A stretch of 63,541 nt of DNA, filler included, from Lenisia limosa (GCA_001655205.1; 9 parts of 9 records of this genome joined end to end with filler, not necessarily neighbours in it), one strand, 5' to 3'. Positions 37,101 through 51,002 are shown, counted from the first letter of the whole stretch. Notes: generated by a model from the letters alone, not told the origin. A program made the numbers and translations.

Positions 37101-40100
37101 GGCAGCGTCAAATGAGAATGGCGCCGCCTCGGTCTTCTTATCGTCTCCGCCAAAGCTGAAGGCTGGGGGTAAATTGGAAAATTTTTGAAACAAAAACAGC
37201 CCGAAATCAACTCTGTTTGCTGGGGGGTATTTGAAATACTACAGGATTGACGGCGTATGTTCGCTTTATCGTCACGTTATCCTACCTGGTGCAGCAGAAG
37301 GGGCGTCTTCAGTCTTTTTCTCCGCTCCAAAGCTGAATGCTATTGTGTTAAAACAATAAGTATTTTAATACTGTCAATCTTCAAAATATATAGACTATAA
37401 TGAACTTGGGCATATTAATAAAATATATCATTTCACAAAAACGGAAAATCTCTCGTAAATTTATACCTGGGGCAGCAGCAGGGGCATCTTCGGTCTTCTT
37501 ATCAGCTCCAAAGCTGAATGCTATTGTATTAAAAGGCCAAAAGAATAACAACACAGATCAAGGAGCTGGAAAGGATAATTAGTTTTTTTGAAAAACAAAA
37601 AAAAGGACACACAAATTCAAAAAAACAAACTTCACCTGCTTTAAATCCTGATTGAAAGAAATTCAGTATGTTTAATGTCTGGGCATCTATTATTTAAGAT
37701 ACCATATTCATACCTGGGGCAGCGGCGGGGGCATCTTCAGTCTTCTTCTCTTCGGCACCAAAGCTGAATGCTACTATGTTAGCAACCAGGATAACGATGA
37801 AATAAACAAAATTACAAACACGTATCAAGAGCTCCAGTCAAAAGGAAACTACTCACCGGGCGCAGCAGTAGCATCAGGTGTGGGAGTCTTTAGGGCCTAA
37901 CGAGTTTCAACAAATGTGACAGATTGGGGTGCTTGATGGAAGAAATATGTATTTTGATATGAAATTAACAATCACTTAGGCTCTATTAACAAAAAAAATC
38001 AGTCTTAAAACTGTTAGATTATCCCACATACGTCCTCCTTCTCAGCAGTAGCACCGAAACTGAACGTGGGGGCGGCAGCGTCCTTGGGGGCGTCGAACGA
38101 GAATCCAGGCGTTGTTGGTGTGGACTCTTCGGATTTGGGGGTAGCGTCTCCACCAAACCTGGGAATTAGAGCAGGAAGGGGAATGCGGAATATAAAAATA
38201 ATTAGGGGCCACCACGCTCCAAAAAGAAAACAAAGAAAAAAAACAAAAAAAAACAGATTTGATTTACCTCCCCCTCCCTCCCCACGAGAAAGCCGGGGCG
38301 GGGGCGTCGTCCTTGGCGGCAGCGCCAAACGAAAATGGCGCAGCCTCGGTCTTCTTATCGTCTCCGCCAAAGCTGAAGGCTGGGGGGATATTAAAAGAAA
38401 AACTGTTACCGATCTGGAAATATTTGACATGTAGTTATACATAGTTTATACATATTTAGTAAAACCCAAATTTGTACGTTTTCCATTCCACCACCATTAG
38501 AAATACACCCTATATACCTGGGGCAGCAGGGGCGTCTGTTTTCTTCTCATCTGGTCCTCCGAAGCTGAATGCTGTGGGGTGAGTGTATGCATATATCCAA
38601 AAAAAATGGATTGGCATCCTACAGTGAAAGGAGCAGGAAAAAGATATCAAAAAAAGACAAAAAAAAAAAAAAAAAANNNNNNNNNNNNNNNNNNNNNNNN
38701 NNNNNNNNNNNNNNNNNNNNNNNNNNNNNNNNNNNNNNNNNNNNNNNNNNNNNNNNNNNNNNNNNNNNNNNNNNNNNNNNNNNNNNNNNNNNNNNNNNNN
38801 NNNNNNNNNNNNNNNNNNNNNNNNNNNNNNNNNNNNNNNNNNNNNNNNNNNNNNNNNNNNNNNNNNNNNNNNNNNNNNNNNNNNNNNNNNNNNNNNNNNN
38901 NNNNNNNNNNNNNNNNNNNNNNNNNNNNNNNNNNNNNNNNATAGGCGCGTTGCTGGGCGTGGTTGGCTCAGCTGGCTTGGAATCGCCTCCGAAGGTGAAT
39001 GATGGGGTATCGGCCTTTTCGCCGAATGAGAATGGGGCGGTGGCGGGGGTTTCTGGGCAGTTACATTTGCAGCACGCTCAAGGAGGTTGAAGAAGATTGC
39101 CAAAAGTACTGAATTCACCTATACCTGATGGGGTGGAGGAGCCGAAAGAGAAAGCCGGGGCGGGGGCGTCGTCCTTGGNNNNNNNNNNNNNNNNNNNNNN
39201 NNNNNNNNNNNNNNNNNNNNNNNNNNNNNNNNNNNNNNNNNNNNNNNNNNNNNNNNNNNNNNNNNNNNNNNNNNNNNNNNNNNNNNNNNNNNNNNNNNNN
39301 NNNNNNGTCTCCGCCAAAGCTGAAGGCTGGGGGGTGTAAAAAACTACACAATGACTCTAATTCTATCATGTAATTAAGTATTACCATACTTCAGTACATC
39401 CCAAAGAAAAAAGCGAAGCATCCCGGGCATTTGCCTTTCTTTTATCGTGGTTCAAAAAGTGTTTCAAAGTGGATAAAAGCAAGAGCGCATACCCGGGGCT
39501 GTATCCTTTGGAGCAGAACTTCCGAAAGCGAAAGGCTCAGCAGGCTTCTCAGCGGCTCCACCGAAGGCAAAGGCAGGAGGGTCAGCGGGCTTGTCGCCGA
39601 AGGAGAAGGCTGCTGGCGATGTTAGAACGAAACATATATAACTTTGGCTTCCCAACAGTCCGAAAAAGACCGTTTAAAAATCGATATTTATCGAGGATTT
39701 ATCGAGAGATTCGGCCTATTTTAGGACAATGGGGAATTGTATAACACTTCCCCTGGATTAAAAAGAAGATTTGGGTGAAAGAAGCAGACATCCCCCTCCC
39801 ACGAGCTGAAGACGCGGGTGACGCGGCCGTTTGGTCCGAACCGCCGAAAGAGAACGAAGGGGTGGCGGTGGGGGCAGCGGAGCCTCCAAAGGAGAATGCG
39901 GCCGGGGCGGCGGGTTGGGAGCCGAAAGCGTTGGTTTTGGATGAGGAGTCAGAGTCGTTGCCGAATGAGAAGGGGACTGGTGCGGCTGCAGTGGGGTAAG
40001 TTGCGATGCCAAGACCCTGGGGGCACAGCTGGCAGAAACAGAACCCCTGAACACGGGAATATTATGAAAATAATAAGCCTCTTCCTTCAGTATATCCTCA

Positions 40101-40766
40101 GATAGCAGTCAGATTGTTCAACATCACTACAGAGACACAAAACAAGCCTTTCAAAACCTTCAAGCGCACTTAGTCCAGGGGGGTTGGAACCGAAGGGGGA
40201 GTTTGAGGGCGTAGAAGCGAAGCCGCCGGATGTCGGGGCTGGGATGGTAGTCGGACCGAACGCCCCTCCAAAACCGGGGGTGGGTGAGGCTGCACCAAAA
40301 CTGCCAGGGGTTAGAAGGGAATGGCAGGAATATGAAGGTCTTATGCCAAGAAAGAGGGACAAGTAACACGGCATATATAGCTGATGCAAGACATGAATAA
40401 AAAAAAAATCTAGGATGACAAANNNNNNNNNNNNNNNNNNNNNNNNNNNNNNNNNNNNNNNNNNNNNNNNNNNNNNNNNNNNNNNNNNNNNNNNNNNNNN
40501 NNNNNNNNNNNNNNNNNNNNNNNNNNNNNNNNNNNNNNNNNNNNNNNNNNNNNNNNNNNNNNNNNNNNNNNNNNNNNNNNNNNNNNNNNNNNNNNNNNNN
40601 NNNNNNNNNNNNNAAACACACTATCAGATAAATGGTCAATAGGAATTCAATAAAACATAAGTCTTGCGCGACCTTTTATCAACAAAGTGATACAACCAAC
40701 AGTGAACCATCCCCTCAATGATAAAATGGAGCCTAACCCCTTAGTTTCCCTTTGCTTACGCGCCAT
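34172..40766 (-). CDS. NUP50: Nup50/Nup2-like nucleoporin: FxFG repeats, helical domain, C-terminal Ran-binding domain
   Basis: Many AFSFG exons (36800-40300). FRRDCTALNK-AFASYVDAHVEKRPLASLNTTIEDYVKQRKAL matches the Nup50 LN-W/Y-H-P-L-DY motif, and FRAKVFKHESGTFNVVGIGALKLLKHNTTGKYRVLLRTE is a RanBD. The start codon is tentative. Confidence 0.8.
35268..35365. mobile_element. hAT-type MITE in a Nup intron
   Basis: Degenerate TAGGGCTTCACTTCGGTTC TIRs. Flanks ATAAGAAG / CTAAGAAG (7/8 TSD match). Confidence 0.85.
36510..36630. repeat. Intronic minisatellite of about 29 bp
   Basis: CATTACTAAGATGAATAAA core repeated 4-5 times. Confidence 0.85.
37166..37230 (-). repeat. Intron 3'-end repeat family A, copy
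   Basis: GAGTTGATTTCGGGCTGTTTTTGTTTCAAAAATTTTCCAATTTACCCCCAG. Homologues at about 53840, 56030, 56187, 62403 and 62606. Confidence 0.8.
39644..39740. mobile_element. hAT-type MITE, diverged copy in a Nup intron
   Basis: Shares CGAAAAAGACCG..ATCGATATTTATCGAGGATTTATCGAGAGATTC with the 17769 copy. Confidence 0.7.
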
Positions 40767-41234
40767 CTTGGCCTGCCAATAAGTTCTGGGACTGGATGGT
40801 GAGAAAGATACAAAAGAGAGGGTTCACAAACGGTTTTCTTCTTTTTAATCCTAGCAACACGCTTTTTGCTGCCTGTTCCGGTCATGCTTGGTGGCCCGAA
40901 CTAAAGATATTGATAAGTAAGTCTCATTTGGTAGTTAGGCATACCGCGTCCATTGTGAAATGCGATGTGACTCAATGAAGCCTAATTTATCACCCGTTCT
41001 GTAAAATATAAACACAAATCTACGCAAGACACAACCTTATTGGCTTGAAAAAAAGGGCAAATTAACAAAAAACCGTTTCCTAATAAGAGCATGCCACGTG
41101 AGCGTAATTGTCAGCTTTCTTTGCTTTCCCACACCTCTCTAACTAAAGTATCTCTAAACCTGAAAGAAGAAGAAAAGAGAGAAGAATTGGAGAAGAATAG
41201 AGATAGAGAGAAGAAAAATTGCCCAAGAAGCAGA

Positions 41235-44200
41235 ATGATATCACTCTTCATTGCGATAGCGTGGCTCTGCCTTATCCCAAAATACACCTTCTCGCTGTAA
41301 GTTATCAGTATGTTTACTATTGAAATAATATTTAGAAGCAAACAAGTTGTTCTAACCGTTTACATTCCGATCATTCCAGCTCGGATAAAAATGAAATCAG
41401 ACAAAGATTGATTAGATTCAAGATTATTTCAACTCTTTTTATCGCTCAGATTTTCTGAGTCGTCATCTGAGGTTACTGTGAGCCTTCCAATCAAGGTTTG
41501 TTAAAATTTAATTTGCGCCTTTTGAATAACGATTTGTGAAATACTTATCAGATAATACCTTGACTAAATCTCCCCCCCTTTTTTATTTCCTCATCTAGGC
41601 TCCGGAGGCAGTTTCTGATGACCAACTTGCTACACTTGTATGATGGGGCAAGTTGGATTCGAATTTGCTGTTTATAAAATGTATAAGGCATAAATATATG
41701 CGCATATTTTGACAACACCATGAAATTTCGTTGGTTTTGCTTCAGATTGCCCTTATTAAACAGGGACAAGTGAAAGAGGCATCATGCTCTTCGTTACCTT
41801 TCATTCCAACTTTTGATATTGACGTCCAATGCGCGTGAGTCCTCGCTGTTTTACGTGAATGTAAAACATATTATAGAGGACATGGGCATAGTCAAAACTT
41901 ATTTTGAAATATATGATATTACAGGACTGTTCTTAGATAAGGAGTTTAGTTTTTATTGTATTCTTCTATTTTCTTTGTCTGCCTGTGCCTCTTATCTTAC
42001 TACTTAGAACTGGTGTTGACACAGTCGTATGTACATACAAGTGCCTTGATGTAGTGAGTTGGGTAGTTGAGTAATACTATACTTAAAAGCTAGCCTTAGA
42101 TGAGACTGTTTTCACAATTTTAACTGTATTCAGACAAAAGAGGCGTCGGTGTCGTCATTGAACTGCACCACGGATCTGGGGTGGACGGCTATTCCTCAAT
42201 GCATCGATTCGGAGGACATGTTTGTCGGTAGGCTGGCTTGGGTTAATACAATATATCAACGATACATCATAAAGGTTTGTATCTGCCTCTGCTATCACAG
42301 TTTATATTGTGAGAGTAAAAAGAAGTTCTCTTCGGATACACAAATGCTGAAGTATGTAGTGAATATATGATATGTATCTACTGTAGCCATTTGTGCGTGC
42401 AGCTTTTCAAATTGATTATTAAGCGCACCCCATTTAAATGTAATATTTATCATTAAAATTGGTGTTTTCCATTGTGTCACTATTCTCTCTATGTGCCTTC
42501 CTCTTAAACCAACACAGGTCATGTTCTGACATGTGGTGACAACACTTACGGACAACTTATGGATGGTACAAACGTCAACATCATGGACGACATCCAAGAC
42601 GTCAGCCTCTCCACCCCCTCACTCAGTAAGCTCTTCCTTCATGCACCTTTTCTATTCGTTTTTTGTAGCAACATTTCTAACCAAGATCGGTACAAAATAA
42701 GTTTTTACGTTTTAGAAAATGGAGTTGTGACTGCGTATTCTGGAAGACATTCAACTGCCGTTATAACCAAAGGTACTCTCTTGCACAACCCCAATTGTTT
42801 TCACACAGCCCTCCGATAGTATAACCCACCGCTGCCTGCGTGTCACTAAAATCATATACTCTCAATCATCATTCAGCCCCCCTAATATTGCCCTTTTCAC
42901 TGCATCATTTCTACTGCGACATCTCCATACAGACACGCTTATTATGACAGTTTACTTGTCAACTTCGAGAGTTTTTCCCTGCTCCAATTTAACAGCTTTG
43001 TTTTCATTCTCCCAGAAGGCACTATCATGGTCAGCGGGTCGTCCCAGTCAGCTTTTGGCTACACCTCTTACTTGCCCCGCTCTTTTGCGATCCCTGGAAT
43101 TCGGTTTAAGAAGGTCTGATTGTTTTATCACTGTTATTTTGTTAAGCAAGACCTTACTTGCATGTTATTGTTTTCCATAAAAATGTTGTTCTTTTATTAA
43201 TTATTCATATTTTTTGTAATAAACCTAGTTGTCGTGCGGATACCCAGGCTGCTTGGCACTGAGTAAGCAAGGGGTTGAAACAAAATAGTATAACAAATAG
43301 TCCCAATCAGATCAATGATTCTTCATTTTTATACATTTAAATTGGTCAAGCCACTGATGGTGACGTTTACTCCTGGGGCGCCAACCCTTATAATGAACTC
43401 CTTCGTACTGATAGCTCCTATGTACTTCCAGGAAAGGTATTTCCATGATTCAACTTTGAGATTGTTTTTTTGTTGTTAGAAATGAAAGATATAATTGAAA
43501 ACTACTAATTATCTCATTAGCTTTCTCATTTTACTGCATAGTTACAGACTATGACACATATATCTAAAATATTTAGGTTGATTTACTCTATGCTGGAGCG
43601 GAGATAAGCCCTGCTGTTGCGATCCATATCGGGACACATCATGCCTTTGTTGTCTTGGGTAGGTTATCTTGTGAGGTCAACTAGACCTATTCTGATAGTA
43701 GCTGTTTCCCCATAGTTCATAGCTGTGAGCTCCATTCAATTTTGACACTATGACAGATAACTCATGATTCAGAAAATGGTCAGGTTGTTGGTGGTGGATA
43801 CACCGGAGATCCGTCAGCAGGTCCAATTTCAACAGTGGGGAAAATGAAAGATTCACCTGAAATTGATTTTAATTGAATCAGCTTCTGCTTTGTTCCAGAA
43901 AGTTGGCTTCACTGAATTACCATTACAGGCTCATGTGATTCCCTATCCTGAAGCTATTGTTTCTGTCAGTGACCAAAGCTACGCATCTCTTGCAGTTTCT
44001 GGTTTGCTTCTTGGTACCTCAAATATTCGTTTATGTTCGAATCCGAATAAGAAAATGTATTAGTTCATCATTAATTCACATTATTACAACCACTCTAAGT
44101 CAATTACGTACCCCTCCCCTGCCTGTCTTGGAGTACTAATGATACCTTTTTCCCAGGCCGATGTTATATCAGCCAGTGTCGTATTTGTACTCGTTGACTC

Positions 44201-45389
44201 ACTGTTAGATGACAGTAGATACCAAATATTGATGAAAATTTATGATGACCAATTCTGTAGCATCAGGCAACTGCTATGCAATGGGAAGCTATTATTCCCA
44301 AGGCGCTTGCACGGCATCTACTGAAAGTTGGTCCACTCCTACAAAAGTCAGGGGATAAGAGTATGTTTTCCTCTAAATATAAAGACAAAGGGATAAGATG
44401 AAGTCGATCAACGGTTTTGACTAAAAATACAAATTTGTGTGATGAACAAGGGTATCAGATTGTTTCACTTCTTAGATTGATTATGCTGTACTGAATAACA
44501 AAGTGATTACTGCCGCTACCAACCGATACGCTTCTTTCTTTATCACCAGTTTGCAAGTAATACAACCCAATTTTGGTCTATTGCGCCTGCATGTTCACAA
44601 AAACAGCAATATTCCTTGATGGTGTTGAATAATTAACACTATTTTGTTTTTGACCCGCGGAATTGAGGCCGATTCATACATGTTTAATTGACATATAAAT
44701 AGATACTGGAGATATCTACGCCTGTGGCGCAGCAGGAACAATTGGAATGGGTGCAGCTGTTGGATCCGCAATCCCCTTGGTCATCACAAGCCAATTCCCA
44801 GAACAGGTTGCTCTTCTTAAGCATTTATCATTTTACCCAATTCTCTGTACTATTCGTTTATGATTTAGATGACGACCATTGTGACTGGTGGTCACACCAC
44901 AAATTCAGTGGCGTTTTTTGGAGGTTTGTAATGCGATATGTTTCAGCGGCAATGGGCTTCCTCTGTGATTGGGTACGGGCGAATAACTCTTCAGACCGCA
45001 CCAGTATTTACTATGCCCAAGGAGCAGCATACAGCGCTGACTGCCGCTCAACATCCCCATTGAACACATTCTTCAAACACTATGACAATACGGAGAGCAA
45101 GAGGCTCAAGGTAAGAGGGTTACATTGATAAAGAAGACTGACCCCAACATCATTTTGATGGCAAAATCACTTTAAGCTTAGGATTTGTCATACAGGCCAT
45201 AGTTCTTTGATTTTTTTATATTATTATTATTATTATTATTGTTGTTTTTTTTTTTTNNNNNNNNNNNNNNNNNNNNNNNNNNNNNNNNNNNNNNNNNNNN
45301 NNNNNNNNNNNNNNNNNNNNNNNNNNNNNNNNNNNNNNNNNNNNNNNATACCCACCTCTCAATTCTCAAAGAAGTCTAAGAATATCTGA
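41235..45389 (+). CDS. Signal-peptide-bearing RCC1/BLIP-II-repeat protein
   Basis: N-terminus MISLFIAIAWLCLIPKYTFSL. Repeats include GHVLTCGDNTYGQL, DGDVYSWGANPYNEL, IHIGTHHAFVV-ENGQVVGGG and SGNCYAMGS. The 3' end is uncertain because of an N gap. Confidence 0.7.
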
Positions 45390-45491
45390 GCACTCAGAAA
45401 TACCATCTACTGTAAAATACAATCATTGTACATAACATCCAACTACCATTATTCAAGGGGGAAAACCACCATCAACCATACCAACAAAACA

Positions 45492-48400
45492 CTACCTAGG
45501 ATCACATGTGTTTTCGAGGGAACATTGCCACAGTTGATCAAGGGACTTTTTCGCACCGAAATTTGAAGGAAGTCCATTTTGGAGACTCAGTAATCTGGAT
45601 ATGGACTCAAAGTTACCTAATGGGTCAAACAATTGGGGTGAAACAGTTAAATCTGGGCAAGGCTTCACCAGTCCCAAACAGAAGAATTGCAGAAGAAACA
45701 TCAGTGTAAACACCCCTCACTTGCATTTAATAACGGAATTGTTCTCAGAAACAGTCTGTGCAGTAAATAGGGCAGTCTATTGTAGGGGTTTTTGGAGGGG
45801 CAGTGCAGCACAAGTTCAGGGTAACTCTTCCATCGATCAGGCTGAATAGTTATTGCAAGAAAAGATAATACTATTCTAAATGAAGAGGGAGGTTTACCCA
45901 AATATACTGCACCCTGGGAGTAATAATTAATCTGATAACCACCCGGAATTTAAATCCATCCTATCATGTTGTGGTGGTGTGGGGTATCTGTTTTCCGATC
46001 CCACAGTAATAGCATTCCAAGACAAGTCAGCATTGACAACGACTCTTTGTTCGATTGGAGCACCCATAGCCCGCGGCATATTGGAGATCAGCATATCTTC
46101 TGTTGGGAGTGGCGGGAAGCAGGCAAGGGAGTGCAGGATGGGACCGGTACTGGGGTATTAGATAACCCCAACAACAAACACCCCGAAATGGGTCGCTAGT
46201 TTTAAAGATGAGAATGCAGCATGTATAGTGGTGTAGGCTGAATAATGCCATACAAGCTTACATAAAGAAATCCCCAGGGTCGTGAAGAGTCCCTTCAATG
46301 AGCAGGCGAGCGTTTCGTAATTGTGCTTGCAAAATCTGAAAAATGAGTTTTGGACAGCCAGAACTACTCAAGTCTGGGGAGGGAGCTAAGCAGAATCCCA
46401 AAGCGTACGGGCTGGATCGAAAGCAGAGATTCTCGACTGAATATAACGAAGAAGCCAAAGACATACTGGTCCGCTAAAGGGAAAGTTAGCGCAGAAAATT
46501 GCACAGAAAATTTCAAATTATACTTGCTATACGGATGATTGATATTAAAGCGGGGGTTAGCGGGAGATGAAAACAAGAAAGAGATAAAAAGATATATCTG
46601 GTATCTCATTTACTATACCTGTGTCATAATCAAACGAAGCCCTTCCCACAGTTCGAGAAGTGGAAGGCATTAAAGTCTATGTGATATCGGAAATTCTCGT
46701 CTCGATCGGGTTTATCATACCTGAACTGTCAAGCAAATGAGATGTATACTGATATAACGATACTGGTGACTCTGAAAACAAAGTATTATCACATTCATGC
46801 CAAATGAAGGGTTTAGAGACGAATGAAACTACCACACATAAAATATGTACTATCCTAAGTACATGTGATGATAGCCAATAAGGGTTCTTGATTTGAAATT
46901 TCCTCTGGCAACAGCAGAGAAATAAGATGGCAAGTGCACAAAGACGTCAGAATCAATCTAGAGTATCATTCGAGATAGCTTCGGTGCATGATTGATGACC
47001 AATTATCTTTATTGAGGAATAGACAAAAAAGAGTGTTTTGGGTATTGCTTTCCGTTAAGGATCGCTTCATTTCCACAAACTATCATGTATTCTATCACAA
47101 ACGATGAGCATACCTTCAGATAATAATGTGCTTTTGGGAAGCTTGTCAAAATAGTATTGTAAACAGCAGAAGCCTGAACATCAAGGAAATTAAAAGTTGT
47201 TTACCAAGTATCGGACGGATATTATCTATCGTATGCAAACTACTAATCATAGTATCTGATTAATACGATAAATCCCATGGATGCTAAGACTTTGATCAAG
47301 ACTTACAATGATCAGCGGATATTATGCAATACGTATGGTAATAAGCTAACTAAAATGACTCATATTGTTAGACACATGACAAACCTTGAAAAGAAGGAAG
47401 CGAAGTCCTTCGGGGATTTGTAACTGTGTGACATCTCCATGGATGTGGTTCTCCATTTGAAGTGAACGAGAAAGTTCAAGACAGTATTCACTATCTGGTT
47501 CCTTGGAACACTCTTCAGTGATTCCTACAATGAAGATATGGTTGTAGCATTGCCTAGACAATCAGAATATTGTAACCTTATTGGGTTTTTTTTTGAACAA
47601 TACAATGGTCAAAATACCGCTTTGCAAAATCAAAACAATGAAGCTTATTTATGAATTCTGTCTGTACTTGGGCAAAGATCGAAATCCAAAAAGCAAACCT
47701 GGGAGCAACAACAGAAAGAAGCGTATCACGAACAATCTGTCGCTTCAAGAAATCCCCAGGCAGGGTCGGTATCCCGACAGCAAACGGGCAGTTGCTATTC
47801 ATATTCGCCACTTTCCAGGGGCTAACTGAGTGCATGAGAGGGGCTATTGAATGGTGCAAAGGCCCTTAACTTGATACATATGAAAGAAATGAGAATCGGA
47901 GTAAGAATATGATTGGGCTTACACGTGCCACAAGCATGAATTTCACAATCGATAAATTATGAACGTCTCTCTAAAAATAGGAAATAAGACCCATGTTTTG
48001 ATGACCTTCCTACCTTCTTCACTGTTCTTCTTCATATAGTCTAGCAGGCTGGCGCCATCCTGGAATAATTGGCGGGAGGGGTCTAAGATGTTATTGTTCA
48101 ATAACTGGGTAATAGGAAATCACACACAAAAACGATCCTACCATTCCAATTATTTTTGGTTCCTCTTAGAACTGATTTCACAAATTTGACTTCCAACTTA
48201 TCTGGTTCAATAGGCTCAGAGAAACGCTCTTCCTCACGTGGATAGCCTGTGAAAATTATAGAACATCTCTGAAAAAAAATCATTTTTTTCGATGATACAA
48301 CACATTAACATGTTATCTAATCTATCCCACAGACTGGTGTAGTAGCTTAGTAGATCAGAGTAAATGTCGCTGGGAGATCCGAAAATTTGGTTTTCGAATA

Positions 48401-51002
48401 TGGTATTATTAAATGGAATCGCATTCAATCGGTCTGACACAAAAATCATATGAGCCCAGTAAAATGATGTGATCGAAGCTGGATGGATGAACAGTGTCAG
48501 TGATTGGGGCTAAAAGGTAAGAACATGAAGTAATGATGACAATCACTCTGAGTAAACCAACCAAATCGGGAGTTAACTTGGCGCTTTGAATGATGTTGGC
48601 AAGGGCATTTTCGCTAGTCTAAAATGTTGAAAACATTCAAAGATCTGCCGCATCTTATTATAAATAAAAACACTAAAAGATAAAAGTGGAGCTTACATTA
48701 TGACTATTCAATTGGAAGTCCAATTTGGTCAAAACACGAAGATCCAATGAGTCACCTTCTTTCATTGACAGAAGCCTGGGTTGAATGTTACAGGGGAAAT
48801 ATTTCAAAGAAAGCTAAAATAGTGGATGATATTAAATAATATTTAGGGCTCATTATACCTTCCGTTTATACCAAAAATCCATTCTTGGGATTCACAAATG
48901 GAAAGAACTATAAATCATATTACAAAGAGAATCAGATACTAACCTTATTTAGTCCTGTCACCCGACTTACGAAGAAGATGGGAATAGCGACATCAGAACA
49001 GGTGTGTTTATCCACGTGTTGCTGTCTGACTAGAAGCAAGATGTAAAAATAAGGTACCTGCACCATTTCAAAATAGCTGTTATAAGTTTCATACCCAATT
49101 ATTCTCCCCCAAATCAACAAGAACTATACAAGACAAAATTCAACAATTAAAGGAAGAAGTTAAAATATTTTCCAAGACTTTCAAATAAATGGTTCCATAC
49201 CCGGTCATACCAGGATATAGTACCTCCAAATGAATGGTGCTGACTCTGACATGGATATTTGTTTCAAAAACGAATAATGCTAAGAGTCACACAAAAAAAG
49301 AAGAACCCACAAGGTCCCATGGGGAAAGATCCAATTCAGAAGAGATCCACAGATCACCATGTATTTTCTGCTCTTTTGCAAGGTCCTCAACTACTTGAGG
49401 GCACCCGACTGGACCAGTAAGATAAAGAGAATATGGCAATATGATCAATAATAAGAACAGTAATGAGGCTCATATTATGTATCATTTGCACCATTCTCAT
49501 TTCACATCCCACTTTCATAACACGACGTCGGGAGGGTGATCAAAAAGATGTGGGTCGATATCACACTCTTTGCTGAAGGAATTAACATGATGACTTGAAT
49601 ATAAGCGATTTGGTCCTTTCAATAATATAAAGTCCTTCAACAGACGTACGTACGTCTGAGGTCAATTGAGTATTGATATTCTTTACCTATTTTGTGATAC
49701 CCACCTTTGACAAGAGCGTATGTGTCACGGATGGCCATTCTCAAGTGAAGTCCTTCCACGGGACTTGTAATCCCTGATATGATAATTGGAACCGTTTTTT
49801 TAAAACCAGGGAGAAGTTAGATAAAAAGTTCGACTAGAATAACTAAAGAAACGAATAAAAGAACCGTATTAGTGAAGGCAAATTATTAGTCTTGTAGGCA
49901 TTCTTGATTTGCATTTAAGATATAATCAAAAGGCAATTATTACAGGTTATTATTACACAAAAACAATGCATGTGAGCCCACCAATCAAATAGTCAACACT
50001 GTGTGGTGTCTTAGTACGTTGTTGCTTTAGTTGAGAAAAATCTGAAAAAAAAGGTCATTTTGATCTTGAGTCTATTCCAGTCATTCAAACCATCGCAGAT
50101 AACTCATATTTCTCTTCTCAGATTGTTTTGAAATGTTGACCACTATACACTTGTGATCAGATGGCTGACTTTCGAGTCAAAATGATAAAATAAGAACACA
50201 AGCTTTCATCCCGAGTGTAACAGGATATCACTGATTCTTCACCTCAGTTTGCCAACTTGGACACCTACCATGTTGTCTGCTGGTGTTTTGCCAAAGAAGA
50301 GCCTCGTCATGCGTTAGGAATATTGGACGAACTCGAGCCTTATTTATTACTAAATCTTGGGGTGCGGTCCGGACAAATACCTGAGCATGTCAAGAAGGAG
50401 TGATGTTTGCTATTAAATCATATATTGGTATGAAAACACAACTATCCTATTCCCTCCCAGTATTGAGCTAGTCTAGATCAAACTATAAATGTATTTTTAT
50501 AAGATACAATTTTCATAATCACATTGTGAGCAGAATTCATATGCGACACGTAGTTTGTTTCAGCGTGTCACCTAAACCCACTTGTTGGTAGTCGAAATGC
50601 GGCACATCATCAAGACTGAAAGAAACAACTGGCGTTGGCATTATCCTGGAAATAAGATCAAATAATTATACATTAGCTGTTAGAAGGTAAAACTCCCCTA
50701 ACTGTTCAAACTTTGTCATGTAGAAGGGGAATGAACCGCGCGGTGGTTTGGGAAGAAACTCATTGAAAATAACGTTAGCTATAAAGACCAGGAGAGCTGC
50801 AAGCGGGACCGCAAGCTGTAGTGGCAAAATTAGATGAAGGATATTATTATAGTTCATTAAATATCGTTTTTATGGAAAGATAAACGAGAAGATTGGGTAA
50901 ATTATATACATATATACAGTATAGATTTGACACATTTGTCCCAGTTCTTCTCACCTTTAAAATGCTGACTGAAGACTGTCTCATAAGAGACTCCATTGTC
51001 AT
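45492..51002 (-). CDS. Large hypothetical multi-exon protein with an N-terminal transmembrane anchor
   Basis: More than 20 GT-AG exons. Starts MTMESLMRQSSVSILK-LAVPLAALLVFIANVIFNEFLPKPP. Head-to-head with NAA30. Confidence 0.6.

Noticed and set aside
37060-39340. Repeat-spacer pattern resembling a CRISPR array
   Set aside because: The repeats are coding FxFG exons with splice signals and the spacers are introns of variable length. Eukaryotic context with no cas genes.
45979-46161. Plus-strand SPRY-like reading (TTTLCSIGAPIARGILEISI) as a tail of the RCC1 protein
   Set aside because: Neighbouring exons splice on the minus strand into the large TM-anchored gene. The splice signals here are strand-ambiguous (CCCACAG/CTGTGGG), so the minus reading is preferred, though not proven.
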